Assembly (NCBI GenBank): GCA_965261005.1
Contig: OZ253375.1
Coordinates: 2,848,001-2,912,000 of the forward strand
Length of the DNA: 64,000 bases
DNA from: Deinococcus sp.
GTDB lineage: Bacteria; Deinococcota; Deinococci; Deinococcales; Deinococcaceae
Reading direction: 5' to 3'
This document shows, in pieces, positions 27,571 to 41,367 of the stretch. The stretch's first letter is position 1; each line of letters begins with the position of its first letter. The translations under genes were made by a program, and so were the position numbers. A model generated the notes under the pieces. The model was given only the letters and a program-made list of their open reading frames with translations, did no database searches and had not been told where the DNA came from.

Positions 27571-28908
27571 GTGAATACCCCCAAAAATAAGTGGCCCAGA
27601 AACGCCTTGATCGTGGTCGGCGTCTTGGTGGCCACCAGCGCCGTCGGCTACGCGCAGTTCCGCACCCAGGACACCTCGGCGGCGCTGTCCTCTAAGACGG
27701 GGCAGGCCTTTTTGCAGGCCCTGAACGATCTCAATCAGGATTATCTCAAGCCGGTGGACCGCGACAAGCTGCTTCAGGGCGCCATCAAGGGCATGGCCGG
27801 CTCCCTCAACGACAAGTTCGTGTACTACTTTCCCCCCGAGGACGCCGGCATGCAGGATCAGGACCTCAAGGGCGAGTTCTTCGGCATCGGCGCCCTGATC
27901 GGCGCGGCGGGCGAAGGCGGCGCCGGCGCCGAGATCGAGGGCGTTTACAAGGGGCAGCCGGCCTCGCGCGCCGGGTTGCAGGCGGGCGACAAGATTCTCA
28001 AGGTGAACGGCGAGGACGTCAGCCAGCTCAACTTCCAAAAGGTCGTGGGCAAGATTCGCGGCCCCAAGGGCACGGTTGTCAAGCTGGACATGGCGCGCGG
28101 CAACTCGACCTACACGGCCACCATCACCCGCAGCCCCATCACCATCGTGTCGGTGGAGACGGCCACGCTGCCCGGCAACGTGGGCTACCTAGCCCTCAAC
28201 ACCTTCGCCAACGAGAAGGTGTTTCAGCAGTTCTCGGACGCGGTGGACGCCTTTGAGAAAAAGGGCGTCAACAAGCTGGTCCTGGATCTCCGCGACAACG
28301 GCGGCGGCCTCCTCAACGCCGGCATCTTTGTGGCCGACAAGTTCTTGCAGCAAGGAACCATCGTCAGCTTGCGCTCGCGCGACCAAGCCCCCCAGGTGGT
28401 CGGCAGCGCCAAAAAAGAGGCCGGCGACTACACCGGCAAGCTGGTGGTGCTGATCAACAAGAACAGCGCCTCCGCCTCCGAGATCGTCTCGGGCGCGTTG
28501 CAGGACTATAACCGCGCCACCATCGTGGGCGAAACGAGCTTTGGCAAGGGCGTGGCGCAAAGCATAGACAAGCTGCCCGACGGCTCACAGCTGTGGATCG
28601 TGTCCAACGAGTGGCTGACCCCCAAGGGGCGCGGCATTCAGGACAAGGGCATCACCCCCGACGTCAAGGTGGCTGACACCCGCTATCCCACCCCCGTCTC
28701 GCTGAGCGGCCTGGGCCTCAAGCCGGGTCAAAAGGTCAGCGTCAACTTGGGCGGGCGCACCCTCAACCTCACCGCCGACCAAGACGGCAAGCTGAACTTC
28801 ACCGAGACGCCCAAGCGCCAGCCGATCTCGGGCGTGCAGGGCGAGGCGACCGTGAACCCCAAGAACGACGCCGAGCTGGCAAAGGCGCTTGACATCCTGA
28901 ACAAGTAA
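27571..28908 (+). CDS. ctpA: C-terminal processing protease (S41, CtpA)
   Basis: PDZ GIGA, DLRDNGGGLL, SASASEI, SFGKG. Confidence 0.9.
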   Translation: MNTPKNKWPRNALIVVGVLVATSAVGYAQFRTQDTSAALSSKTGQAFLQALNDLNQDYLKPVDRDKLLQGAIKGMAGSLNDKFVYYFPPEDAGMQDQDLKGEFFGIGALIGAAGEGGAGAEIEGVYKGQPASRAGLQAGDKILKVNGEDVSQLNFQKVVGKIRGPKGTVVKLDMARGNSTYTATITRSPITIVSVETATLPGNVGYLALNTFANEKVFQQFSDAVDAFEKKGVNKLVLDLRDNGGGLLNAGIFVADKFLQQGTIVSLRSRDQAPQVVGSAKKEAGDYTGKLVVLINKNSASASEIVSGALQDYNRATIVGETSFGKGVAQSIDKLPDGSQLWIVSNEWLTPKGRGIQDKGITPDVKVADTRYPTPVSLSGLGLKPGQKVSVNLGGRTLNLTADQDGKLNFTETPKRQPISGVQGEATVNPKNDAELAKALDILNK

Positions 28909-28944
28909 ATAAGTTTTCTGCGGGCGTGCTCAGCCACTTCAAAA

Positions 28945-29667
28945 TCAGCCACTGACAAAGCTGAGCGCGCCCGTCACGTTCTGCACCCCGGCCAGAGCGG
29001 GCACCAGCGTGGACTCGCTGGGGCGGGCGCAAAAGCGCACGTCCTCTCCGAGACCCAGCCGCTCCAGCGCGACGCCGCCGCCGCTGCTGGAGAGCGCCTC
29101 CAGGGGGTCGCTGACCTGACGGCGCACGGTGAGGGCGATGCGGGCGCCGTCGTCAATGCTGACCTCGCCCAGCGAGAGCAAATACTCGCACAGCACGCCG
29201 GCGGTGTAGATGTCCTCCAGGCTCGCGCGGCCGGCGGTGCCGGCGCACACCACGGCGATCTCCTCCACGGCCAGGGCGCGCGCCCGGCGGGTCGCGGCGT
29301 GGGCGTTGCGCAAGCTGGCCAGCAGCACATGCTTGCCGCTGCCGGCGGCCACGTGGGCGGCCCCGGTGCCGTTGGTGGTATTCATCACGACCGTCTTGCC
29401 GGTGAAGTTGTGGGTGTTCGCCTCGACGGGGGAATTGCCGAAGTCGAAGCCGGGCAGCGGCAGACCGCCGCGCTCGCCGCCGAGCAGCACGTTCCCGCTT
29501 CCGTCCGCGCGCAGTTCCAGGCCACGCTCCGGCGAGTCGGTCAGCAGCAGCCGCTCGGCGCCGCGCTCCAGGTACACGCCGGCGGTGGTGGTCGCGCGCA
29601 GCACGTCCACCACCAGCACGGTGTCGGGATAGTCGCCGTGCGGCAAGAGGTCCACCCGCAACCTCAC
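28945..29667 (-). CDS. comB: 2-phosphosulfolactate phosphatase family (ComB)
   Basis: [15 protein letters not shown]...FDFGNSP, TTNGT, EDIYTAG. Confidence 0.9.
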   Translation of the reverse strand: MRLRVDLLPHGDYPDTVLVVDVLRATTTAGVYLERGAERLLLTDSPERGLELRADGSGNVLLGGERGGLPLPGFDFGNSPVEANTHNFTGKTVVMNTTNGTGAAHVAAGSGKHVLLASLRNAHAATRRARALAVEEIAVVCAGTAGRASLEDIYTAGVLCEYLLSLGEVSIDDGARIALTVRRQVSDPLEALSSSGGGVALERLGLGEDVRFCARPSESTLVPALAGVQNVTGALSFVSG

Positions 29668-29677
29668 TTGTGCGGCC

Positions 29678-30349
<672 letters not shown>

Positions 30350-30446
30350 CGCGTGCCATTCTAACAGCCCGCAAGACGGGCCTTTGCCCTGCCGGATTCG
30401 TCAGCCGCGCACCTACTTTCCCGCGCCCACGCTCTACACTCTCTGG

Positions 30447-33587
<3,141 letters not shown>

Positions 33588-33697
33588 TTCGGCCGAACTG
33601 CATAAGTATTCGTGCGCCCATTTCTCTGATGGCTAGATCATGAGATTTAGTCAGTTTACTCTTATAAAAGGCTTTAGAAAATGCGCTACAGTGGCGC

Positions 33698-34129
33698 ATG
33701 ACGACGGTAACTTCACAGCTGGTGGAAAAGTATGCGGCCGTTCTCGCCGAGGAGGGCTTTCACGCCACCCTGGACGCCGAGGGGGACTTGTACTTCCGGG
33801 TCGAGGGCGGGCACTACTTTCTGCGGGTGGGTGAACACGACCTGACCTCGTTCGTGCTGCTCTACCCGAACTTCTACGCCGTAAAAAGCGAGACCGAGCG
33901 CCGGCGCGCCCACGACGCCGCCGCCGAGGTGAACGCGCGCGCCAAAATGGTCAAGGTCTACGTGACCGGCGGCGACACCCAGGCGTCGGTGGAGGTGCTG
34001 CTCGCCAGCGAGGGTGACTTCCGGGCCGTCTTCGTGCGCGCCCTGACCTACCTGCGCGCGGGCGTCGGCCGCTTTCGCGAGATCGTGCGCGAGCGCGCCG
34101 AGTGGCCGCAAGCCTGCCTGAAAGCCTGA
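33698..34129 (+). CDS. YbjN/type III chaperone-like domain protein
   Basis: LDAEGDLYFRVEG...EVNARAKMVKVY pattern typical of YbjN-like folds. Confidence 0.6.
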   Translation: MTTVTSQLVEKYAAVLAEEGFHATLDAEGDLYFRVEGGHYFLRVGEHDLTSFVLLYPNFYAVKSETERRRAHDAAAEVNARAKMVKVYVTGGDTQASVEVLLASEGDFRAVFVRALTYLRAGVGRFREIVRERAEWPQACLKA

Positions 34130-34256
34130 AGAACCTGGCTACACGCCCACCAAGCCGCGCCGCACGCCCTCGCGCGGGGTGAGTGGCCCGGACGCGAGGT
34201 CGCTTTCCCGGCGAACGGCTCACCCGTTCGGGCGGGGCTGCGTCTTACTTGAAAAG

Positions 34257-34931
34257 CTACGTTTTGCCCAGAAAGCTGCGGGTGGGCGCGCTGATGGCGT
34301 GCGCCACGCCCTCCGGCTCTCCCTGCTCGAACAGGTAGTTGGCGTTCAGCAGGATTTGTGTGCCCGACAGAATTTGAAGCAGGGCGCCTTCGCCGCTCAG
34401 GCGGCCTTGCCGGGCGTTCACGACTTGGCCCTGGGACAGCCACAGCTCGGCCAGACTGCCCAGCGTGCTGACGTGCAGCGCGCCGCTGCGGCGACCCTGA
34501 TTCAAGGCCGTCAAAACGCCTTCCAGGCCCAAGTTGATCAGGTTGCCCTCCAGCCGCGCGACCGCCTCGCGGGTCCCGCTGGTGAAGACGGGGCGCAACT
34601 CCTGCACGACGCCCCCTGGCGTCGCTTCCCCGGGCAGGGCCGCGTCGCGGATGCCGAAGGCGTCCGACTCCGGCATGCCCAGCAGCAGCATCACCACCTC
34701 CTGAAGCTGCGGTTCTCTGCGCACGAGTTGCAACAGCTCCAGGCCGCTCATGTCCTCCAGCTGGGCGTAGCACACCACGGCGTCGGGCCGCCAGCGCTCC
34801 AACTGCTTGAGGGCGCTCAGCCCGCCCGCCACGTGGCGCACCTCGACGCCCGCGAGGCGCAGATACTCGCCGAACTGCGCCGCCCGCGCTGGCTGCGGCA
34901 TGGCCAGCAACACCGCGCCCCCGGCGCTCAC
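34257..34931 (-). CDS. Degenerate receiver domain + DUF4388 (PATAN-like) protein
   Basis: RPDAVVC...MSGLELL (receiver-like); LEGNL...LNQGRRSGAL...GQVVNA...GEGAL (DUF4388-like). Confidence 0.65.
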   Translation of the reverse strand: MSAGGAVLLAMPQPARAAQFGEYLRLAGVEVRHVAGGLSALKQLERWRPDAVVCYAQLEDMSGLELLQLVRREPQLQEVVMLLLGMPESDAFGIRDAALPGEATPGGVVQELRPVFTSGTREAVARLEGNLINLGLEGVLTALNQGRRSGALHVSTLGSLAELWLSQGQVVNARQGRLSGEGALLQILSGTQILLNANYLFEQGEPEGVAHAISAPTRSFLGKT

Positions 34932-34990
34932 GGCAACACGCTTCCCGTCATCTCGTCAGAGCATACCCTCAAAGCGGACCCCTGCCTTGG

Positions 34991-35875
34991 TCAGGCCGGC
35001 AGGTCCTGCGCCACCATTCGCTCGCTCAGGCGCCACAACCGGTCGGCGGCGCCGTCGTCGAGCGCCCGCACGTCGGGTTCCACCTCGCGCTCGTCCGCGA
35101 AGTAGCGCCCGCTGACGCCGGCCACCTCGGGGCTGGTCGCCAAGTACAAGCTGGTCCGCGCGCCCTGCTCGGGCGAGCGTGAAAAGGGTCTCAGCAAACC
35201 GAACACGAACTGCATGGGGCCGCCGTCGTTCTTGCCGAAGCCCGTGGCGACGAAGCCGGGATGCAGGGCGTTGGCGCTCACGCCGCCGCCGCGCAACCGG
35301 CGCGCAAGCTCGCGCGTGAACAAGACGTTGGCGAGCTTGCTCTGGCCGTAAGCCTGAAAGGCGCTGTACGACCGCTTGCCCTCCACGTCGTCCCAGTTGA
35401 TGCGCGCGCCGCGGTGCGCGTCCGAGGAGACGTTCACCACCCGCGCCCCCGGCGTTTTCTTCAGCAGGTCCAGCAGCTCGGTCGTCAGCAGGAAGTAGGC
35501 CAAGTGATTGACCGCCCAAGTCGTCTCAATGCCGTCCGGGGTCTCGGTGCGCCGCGTGTGGACGGCCCCGGCGTTGTTGACCAGAATGTCCAGCCGGTCG
35601 TGGTTCTGCCGAAACTGCCGCGCCGCTTCCCGCACCTGGTCCTGTACCCCGAGGTCGGCGATCAGCACCTCCACCCCCGGGTTGCCGGTGTCCCGCTTGA
35701 TGTCCTCCGCGACCGAGCGCGCCTTGTCGGCGTCTCGTGCCAGCAGCACGACCGTGGCCCCCGCACGGGCGAGTTCGCGCGCCGTCACCTCACCGATGCC
35801 CGAGGTCGCCCCGGTGACCAGGGCGACCTTGCCGTGTAAGTCTGCGTGTAAGTCTGTCTGTACCACTTGGGTCAT
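34991..35875 (-). CDS. Short-chain dehydrogenase/reductase
   Basis: TGATSGIG, NNAG, YGQSK, HPGFVAT. Confidence 0.93.
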   Translation of the reverse strand: MTQVVQTDLHADLHGKVALVTGATSGIGEVTARELARAGATVVLLARDADKARSVAEDIKRDTGNPGVEVLIADLGVQDQVREAARQFRQNHDRLDILVNNAGAVHTRRTETPDGIETTWAVNHLAYFLLTTELLDLLKKTPGARVVNVSSDAHRGARINWDDVEGKRSYSAFQAYGQSKLANVLFTRELARRLRGGGVSANALHPGFVATGFGKNDGGPMQFVFGLLRPFSRSPEQGARTSLYLATSPEVAGVSGRYFADEREVEPDVRALDDGAADRLWRLSERMVAQDLPA

Positions 35876-36047
35876 GCGGCCAGTCTAAGAGCATGGGCGC
35901 CAAAAGATAAGGGAGCAGAGCGGCCAGTTCGCCACCTGCTCCCTGCGCGCGGGGCCACTCGCCCGCCGTGTTGTGCGCTTCCCCAAAAGTGTGACAGACC
36001 GATTCTTACAAAAGTGTCACGGCGCGGGGCGCGGCTTGAACGTTCAT

Positions 36048-36063
36048 TGTGAAAAACCTGACA
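36048..36063. promoter_or_regulatory. Candidate CRP/DdrI site
   Basis: TGTGA-AAAACC-TGACA matches TGTGA-N6-TCACA at 9/10, in a divergent spacer. Confidence 0.55.
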
Positions 36064-36115
36064 CGGCTCTGATGAAGGGCGTCGCGGGTTTTAAAATCGG
36101 GTGAGGGGTTTAAAC

Positions 36116-36784
36116 ATGCGGACAAACTCTGAAGGACCCGGCTGCCTGACCGCGCGCCCCGGCCTGCCCACACACGTCTCCGCCGAGCGCGGTTTGCAAT
36201 CCCTGCCCCAGGGCGCCCTGCTCTACCTACCGCCCACGGTCCCACTTGCCCAGCCCCTCCCCCTGATCGTGACGCTGCACGGCGCGGGCGGTGACGCTCG
36301 GGGCGCGCTGGCCCCGCTGCGCGCAGCCGCCGACGTTCACGGCCTGTTGCTGCTGGCGCCCAAGTCGCGCGGCCCGACCTGGGACGTGATCCTGGGCGGC
36401 TACGGCCCCGACGTGGCCCTGCTGGACGGGGCGCTGGCTTGGACCTTTGCCCGCTATCCCGTCAACCCCACCCACGTCGTGCTGGAAGGCTTTTCGGACG
36501 GCGCCTCTTACGCCCTCTCGCTGGGGCTGGGCAACGGCGACCTCTTCACCCACCTGCTGGCCTTTTCGCCGGGCTTTCTGGCCCCCGCCGCGCAGGTGGG
36601 CGCGCCGCGCATCTTCGTCTCGCACGGCGACGCCGACCGGGTGCTGCCCATCGAGCGCTGTAGCCGCGTGATCGTGCCCCAGCTGGAGTGGGCCGGGTAC
36701 GACGTGGAGTACCTGGAGTTTGCGGGGCCGCACACGGTGCCAAGTGAGGTGGTGGAGGCGGCGCTGACGTGGCTGGGGGCGTGA
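36116..36784 (+). CDS. Phospholipase/carboxylesterase (alpha/beta hydrolase)
   Basis: LHGAGG, GFSDG nucleophile elbow, HGDAD, GPH. Confidence 0.88.
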   Translation: MRTNSEGPGCLTARPGLPTHVSAERGLQSLPQGALLYLPPTVPLAQPLPLIVTLHGAGGDARGALAPLRAAADVHGLLLLAPKSRGPTWDVILGGYGPDVALLDGALAWTFARYPVNPTHVVLEGFSDGASYALSLGLGNGDLFTHLLAFSPGFLAPAAQVGAPRIFVSHGDADRVLPIERCSRVIVPQLEWAGYDVEYLEFAGPHTVPSEVVEAALTWLGA

Positions 36785-36794
36785 GAGAAGGCTT

Positions 36795-37187
36795 TCACCG
36801 GATCAGCTGCACCTTGAAGGGCAAATCGGGAATCTTCGCCCACCCCCGCTCGGCCGTCAGCACGTCCACGTCCAGCACCTCTGCCGTCCCCAGACAGGCC
36901 GCGTCTCCTAAGCTGAGGTTGTAGGGGGATTTGCGCGCGTAATAAAACGTCGCCCGCTCACGGCAGGAGGCGCCAAAGGACACTTCATCAAGCGCGCCAA
37001 GAAGTTGCCGGAATATTCCGCCGACTTGCCCGTGGGTCAGCTCCCCATGCCCGACGAGCTTTCCTTCCACTTCGGTCAGGGTAATGCTGCTGACGGCGCA
37101 CCGCCGGGCGGTCAGGGCAGCGTCTACCTCAGCAGCCCCCGGCTCGTCGGTGATCAAGGCCATGAGCGCGCTGGCGTCAAGCAGCAC
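36795..37187 (-). CDS. PIN-domain (VapC) toxin
   Basis: LLDASAL, TEV, LSLGDAACLGTA, LTAERGW. Confidence 0.9.
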   Translation of the reverse strand: MLLDASALMALITDEPGAAEVDAALTARRCAVSSITLTEVEGKLVGHGELTHGQVGGIFRQLLGALDEVSFGASCRERATFYYARKSPYNLSLGDAACLGTAEVLDVDVLTAERGWAKIPDLPFKVQLIR

Positions 37188-37190
37188 TGG

Positions 37191-37457
37191 CTACCAGCCC
37201 TTGCTTTCTGCCTCTGCACGGCGGTCGTCCAGCAGCTCTTGCGTCAGGTCGCGGCCAGCCGCCGCCCCCCGCTTCTTCACGATGCCCCGCAAGGAAGCCA
37301 CCAAAAGCCGCCGACTGGTCAGCCGGTAGCCGCCCTCCTCCTTAAGAAGAATCAGCTCGTCGCCCTCCTGCACACCCAGATCGGCGCGAACATCCGAGGG
37401 AACCACAACGCGGCCTTGGGCTTGCAACTTCAAGTGATAGGCAGGAAGAGAGGTCAT
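37191..37457 (-). CDS. AbrB/MazE-type antitoxin
   Basis: QGRVVVPSDVRADLGVQEGDEL swapped-hairpin motif. Confidence 0.9.
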   Translation of the reverse strand: MTSLPAYHLKLQAQGRVVVPSDVRADLGVQEGDELILLKEEGGYRLTSRRLLVASLRGIVKKRGAAAGRDLTQELLDDRRAEAESKGW

Positions 37458-37615
37458 GCCTGAGAATAGCAAAGTAGGCATAAAGCGGTTACGCTCCTAC
37501 CGGGGCGACTTGCACAATGGCAAGTTCTCGCTGACGAGCTAACCGCCTAAACGCAACATATGGATCTGTTTTAAGTCGTACTCTCAAAAGCGTTACTATG
37601 CTCTCAGGAGTAATC

Positions 37616-37996
37616 ATGACTGAACAAATGCACATCGGCCTCGCCGAACTGCTACGGCAGCACAACGTCAGCCAGAAACAGCTGGCAGAGGCCGCCAATA
37701 TGCGCCCCGCCACCATCAACGCCATCTTCCACGCCCGTATTGAGCGAATCGAGATGAGCACGCTGGTCGAACTGGTCACGGGGTTGCGGCGCCTCGGCAT
37801 CAAGGCGGACGTGGGCGACGTTCTGCACGTCGTCGAGACGCCCGAGGGGGCCGAGCAGGCCGCGCGTGAACGCGCCCTGCGGCTGCTGGGTGGTGAACCC
37901 TGGGGCTTGAAAGTGCGAGGTTCCGCCGTCCTTGCACTTGTCAGCGGCCCGCCCATCGAAGACCTGTTGCCCGAACACCGGGGACCGGAACGTTGA
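37616..37996 (+). CDS. XRE/Cro-C1 HTH antitoxin (copy 1)
   Basis: LAELLRQHNVSQKQLAEAANMRPATINAI; stop overlaps the downstream PIN gene. Confidence 0.8.
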   Translation: MTEQMHIGLAELLRQHNVSQKQLAEAANMRPATINAIFHARIERIEMSTLVELVTGLRRLGIKADVGDVLHVVETPEGAEQAARERALRLLGGEPWGLKVRGSAVLALVSGPPIEDLLPEHRGPER

Positions 37997-38418
37997 CGTT
38001 GCTGTACCTGGATACCTCGGCCCTGGCCCGCCTGTACACCTTGGAACCGGACCACGAGAAGGTCCGCGCCGCACAGGCCGCCGCGAACGGGGATATCACC
38101 CACGTCATCACTTACGTAGAGTTACACTCGGCGCTTGCCGGTCGCAGGCAGCGAAAGGCCATCGGCGAGCGTGCCTATCAGGACGCCTTGCGGGACATAG
38201 AGCGGGATTGGCCGATCTTTCGGCATGTCAGCGTAGACGAGCAGCTTTTGCAAGAAGCCGCCCGGCTCGCTGAGACGCATGTTCTCCGGGCCTACGACGC
38301 CGTTCACTTGGCCGCCGCCCGGGTCGTTTCACCGCTCGGCATACAGTTCATGACCTTCGATTTGAGGTTGCGGACCGTTGCAGAACAGGTGATGCCCGGT
38401 CAGGTGTGGCAGCCGTAG
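37993..38418 (+). CDS. PIN-domain (VapC) toxin (copy 1)
   Basis: YLDTSAL, YVE, LRAYDAVHLAAA, TFDLRL. Confidence 0.9.
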   Translation: MTLLYLDTSALARLYTLEPDHEKVRAAQAAANGDITHVITYVELHSALAGRRQRKAIGERAYQDALRDIERDWPIFRHVSVDEQLLQEAARLAETHVLRAYDAVHLAAARVVSPLGIQFMTFDLRLRTVAEQVMPGQVWQP

Positions 38419-38454
38419 CCGCGCCGTCTTCGCCTGGAATGATTCGGGCAGAGA

Positions 38455-38856
38455 CTAAACTCGCACCAGTTTCAGCGATACATGCTCGGCATATCGCTGG
38501 AAGTTCCGATCTTTTGTCAGGATGGGCAAGCCCCAGTTCGCGCCGCAAGCGGCGATCAGGAAGTCTGTGCTGCTGCCCTGAATTCCCTTGCCCCGGCAGG
38601 CATTGAAGAACTCTGCCGCGAGTTCGTATTCGGGAAAGGCCACTTCCCCATCTGGCAGAGACCGCAAGCTCTGGCGGATTCGCTCGAACACGTCCTGCCG
38701 GCGTAAGCCCTGCAAGACCTCCTGGCGGATGCAGCCGAGCATCTGAACCCGGCCCTCGCGCACCAGTTCACCCAGCAAGCGCAGTTGCGGTGAGGGGTCG
38801 CCCGCCCGCTTTCTGAACGCTTCGGACCACACGTCGCTGTCAACGATCACCTTCAA
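38455..38856 (-). CDS. PIN-domain (VapC) toxin
   Basis: IVDSDVW, QEVLQG, TDFLIAA, LTKDRNF. Confidence 0.9.
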   Translation of the reverse strand: MKVIVDSDVWSEAFRKRAGDPSPQLRLLGELVREGRVQMLGCIRQEVLQGLRRQDVFERIRQSLRSLPDGEVAFPEYELAAEFFNACRGKGIQGSSTDFLIAACGANWGLPILTKDRNFQRYAEHVSLKLVRV

Positions 38857-39062
38857 GCGCGTTTGCGCTGCGCCCGCAACTCCTCGTCGCTCGCCATATC
38901 CGCCGGGTCCACCGTGCCGAAGAGGTCCAGAATCTTGAGCTGTTCACGACGTTGGATGTATTCCGCCAACGCCTCGTTGACCGTCTCGCGCTTGGTGCGC
39001 CGGCCACCGACCTTCAGCGCTCGCTCCAGCAGGTCCGGGTTGATTTGCAGGTTCGTCGCCAT
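38853..39062 (-). CDS. VapB-type RHH antitoxin
   Basis: ATNLQINPDLLERA...TKRETVNEAL. Confidence 0.88.
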   Translation of the reverse strand: MATNLQINPDLLERALKVGGRRTKRETVNEALAEYIQRREQLKILDLFGTVDPADMASDEELRAQRKRA

Positions 39063-39118
39063 GGCTGATATTACACAAATATTTGTGTAATATCGTGAAG
39101 GGAAGTGCTGAGAGGAAC

Positions 39119-39580
39119 TTATTCCGTCTTGCCCGGCAAAGCGATCTCAATGGTCTGTCCGCTGGCGCGTGGGGTCAGCACGACGGTTATGTCGTACCCG
39201 AGGGCGTCCGCGTGTTGCGCGAGGGTTCCAACCGTAGGGTTGAGCGACCCATTTTCGAGCTGTGACAGCCGCCCCTTGCTCAGCTCACGCCGCCCGGCCA
39301 CTTCCTTGGCCGTCATGCGGGCCTGCTGCCGCGCCAGCTTCAGCGCCCGAGCGACGGTGTCCACAACCAACGCTTCTTGAACGTTGGCGGCCACGCCGCC
39401 CCGGCCCTCCTCGGTCAGCAGGCCGGCGGGCAATCCTTCGGTGGGCGTCACGGTGCCGTCCGCGTTGAGAAGCGCTGTAGCCCGTTCCAGTTTGGCTTTC
39501 AGACGTTCATTCGTGATTTGAGCCTTCTTTCTGCTCGCGCCGTCCAGCGTCGGACCTGCCAACAGAGCGCGCGACGCCAT
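39119..39580 (-). CDS. Orphan XRE HTH protein (HigA-like)
   Basis: ARQQARMTAKEVA...SKGRLSQLENGSLNPTVGTL; no adjacent co-oriented toxin. Confidence 0.75.
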   Translation of the reverse strand: MASRALLAGPTLDGASRKKAQITNERLKAKLERATALLNADGTVTPTEGLPAGLLTEEGRGGVAANVQEALVVDTVARALKLARQQARMTAKEVAGRRELSKGRLSQLENGSLNPTVGTLAQHADALGYDITVVLTPRASGQTIEIALPGKTE

Positions 39581-39620
39581 TCACAATCGCGCCTTCTTTT
39601 ATGCGAAAGAGTATGAAGGC

Positions 39621-39875
39621 ATGGAATACGAAACGACGCAGCGCGTGACGGTCAGCCTCCCACATCGTCTCGCCCGTTACCTCGATGAGTACCAGAAAAC
39701 GCACCAGATTGGCAGCCGGAGCGAGGCCGTGGTTCGGGCGATTCAGGCGCTCCGCGAAAAGCAATTGGCCGAGGAGTATGCCCAGATGGCGCGTGACCAC
39801 GACCCCCTCTATGACGCTGTTTTGGATGATCTCACGGACGGTCTGGAAAAAAGTGACGGCAGTGAGTGGCGGTAG
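39621..39875 (+). CDS. RHH antitoxin (CopG/MazE-like)
   Basis: RVTVSLP...SRSEAVVRAI...LAEEYAQ; overlaps the mazF-like gene. Confidence 0.85.
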   Translation: MEYETTQRVTVSLPHRLARYLDEYQKTHQIGSRSEAVVRAIQALREKQLAEEYAQMARDHDPLYDAVLDDLTDGLEKSDGSEWR

Positions 39876-40213
39876 GACTGATTCGCCGGGGCGACATTCT
39901 GCTGGTGAACTTTGCTCCCGCGCGTGAGGGGGAGGCCAATTACACCTGGCCCGCCGTGGTGGTAACAAACAACGCGGCCAACGCCAACGCGCCCGTGCTG
40001 ATGGTCGTTCCCTTGACGACCAATCTGGAGCGGATGTACTCCATTCACCTGTTGCTGCCATACCAGCGCACCGGACTGAATGAGGACAGCAAAGCCCAAC
40101 CGGAGGCCCTGCGGGCCATCTCGCTGAGCCGCGTTCTCCGCCGCCTGGGGCACGTTCCGGAGGACCTGATGGCACAGCTCGACGATCGAATCCGGCTGCA
40201 CCTCGCGCTGTAG
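39866..40213 (+). CDS. PemK/MazF-family toxin
   Basis: RRGDILLVNF, GEANYTWPAVVVTNN, VVPLTT, SKAQPE. Confidence 0.88.
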   Translation: MAVGLIRRGDILLVNFAPAREGEANYTWPAVVVTNNAANANAPVLMVVPLTTNLERMYSIHLLLPYQRTGLNEDSKAQPEALRAISLSRVLRRLGHVPEDLMAQLDDRIRLHLAL

Positions 40214-40341
40214 GGCAGAGGGCGTTCCTACAGCTTTCCCTTTGTCTGGAGCAGCAGGCGCGCGTGCTGGACTCGCTCAGAGAGCTGAAACCGTTCCAAT
40301 CATGCTAAAAATATAGTCAGTGCTGGTCAGGAGGATGAAGA

Positions 40342-40587
40342 ATGAGAACGCGGTGGCCGCTTCAAGACGCAAAAACTCACTTCAGCGAACTGGTGGACGC
40401 CGCCTTGACCGAAGGTCCGCAGGCGGTGACTCGGCACGGCAAGAACGCCGTCGTCGTGCTTTCGCATGACGATTATGTGCGTCTCAAACAGGCCAGCACA
40501 ACGCTGGCGGACGCGCTGGGCGGCGCCCCCGAAGAGCTGTCCTTTGAGCGTGACCGGACACCTGTACCCATCCTTCAGCTCGATTGA
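40342..40587 (+). CDS. Phd/YefM-family antitoxin
   Basis: WPLQDAKTHFSELVD...PQAVTRHGKNAVVVLS. Confidence 0.92.
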   Translation: MRTRWPLQDAKTHFSELVDAALTEGPQAVTRHGKNAVVVLSHDDYVRLKQASTTLADALGGAPEELSFERDRTPVPILQLD

Positions 40588-41003
40588 TGTACTTGCTCGA
40601 TACCAACGTCGTGAGCGAGCGCACTAAACCGCAGCCCAACAAACGGGTCATGACCTGGCTGAATGGCCATACGGTTGGGCAGACCTACCTGAGCGTCATC
40701 ACGCTGGCCGAACTGGAACAGGGTGCGATGCTCAAGGGCGACACCAAGCGGGCGGGCGAGTTGCGGGCGTTTCTGCGGCGCCTGGAGGAGCAGTTCACGG
40801 GCCGGGTCTTGCCCGTTGACCGGGCGGTGGCGCGAACCTGGGCCAACATGACCGCCGGGGCTATTTCGGCGGGCAAGACGCCAAGCTACGCCGACGCCCT
40901 GATCGCGGCCACGGCGCTGACGCACGGGCTAACGGTCGTCACCCGCAACGTGGCGGACTTTCGAGCCGTGACCACCGACGTGGTGAACCCCTGGGAAGAA
41001 TGA
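40584..41003 (+). CDS. PIN-domain (VapC/FitB) toxin
   Basis: YLLDTNVVSE, SVITLAEL, ADALIAATA, VTRNVADF, NPW. Confidence 0.93.
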   Translation: MMYLLDTNVVSERTKPQPNKRVMTWLNGHTVGQTYLSVITLAELEQGAMLKGDTKRAGELRAFLRRLEEQFTGRVLPVDRAVARTWANMTAGAISAGKTPSYADALIAATALTHGLTVVTRNVADFRAVTTDVVNPWEE

Positions 41004-41194
41004 GGAGTGGGGCATGCAGCCACCTCGCCGCGCAACCTTCTGCCACCGGCTCCTCCTCGCGCTGTAAGGCAGAGGGCGTTCGTACAGCTTTCCCCGCCGT
41101 TCCTACCCACCCCGCCCAACCCCACCGTCTGTAGCTGCGGCCTGTGCTGACGCAGGAGCTTGGGCAAGTTGCCAATGTGGTCTCCTTTTTTTTA

Positions 41195-41328
41195 TACGGA
41201 TTCCGCTTACTTCCTCAACATCGGGAAAAGCGCCCGATGTTGCTCCAGACCGCGAAACCCGTATTTTTTTCGTAGCCGCTCCGCTGGAAACTCAGTCAAC
41301 TTCGTTGACTGAGTTTCCGGAATCCGTA
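41195..41328 (+). repeat. Intact Deinococcus small repeat (SRE/SNR-like MITE)
   Basis: TACGGATTCCG...CGGAATCCGTA terminal inverted repeat; internal hairpins CAACATCGGG/CCCGATGTTG and GGAAACTCAGTCAAC-TTC-GTTGACTGAGTTTCC; TTA on both flanks. Confidence 0.9.
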
Positions 41329-41367
41329 TTACTTCTGAAAGTGTTACCCTTTCTCCAGGGGGTAAGC

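Noticed and set aside
37484..37547. Imperfect palindrome GCGGTTA...TAACCGC as an attC-like site
   Set aside because: Core order is reversed relative to attC; more likely an operator or hairpin between divergent TA promoters.
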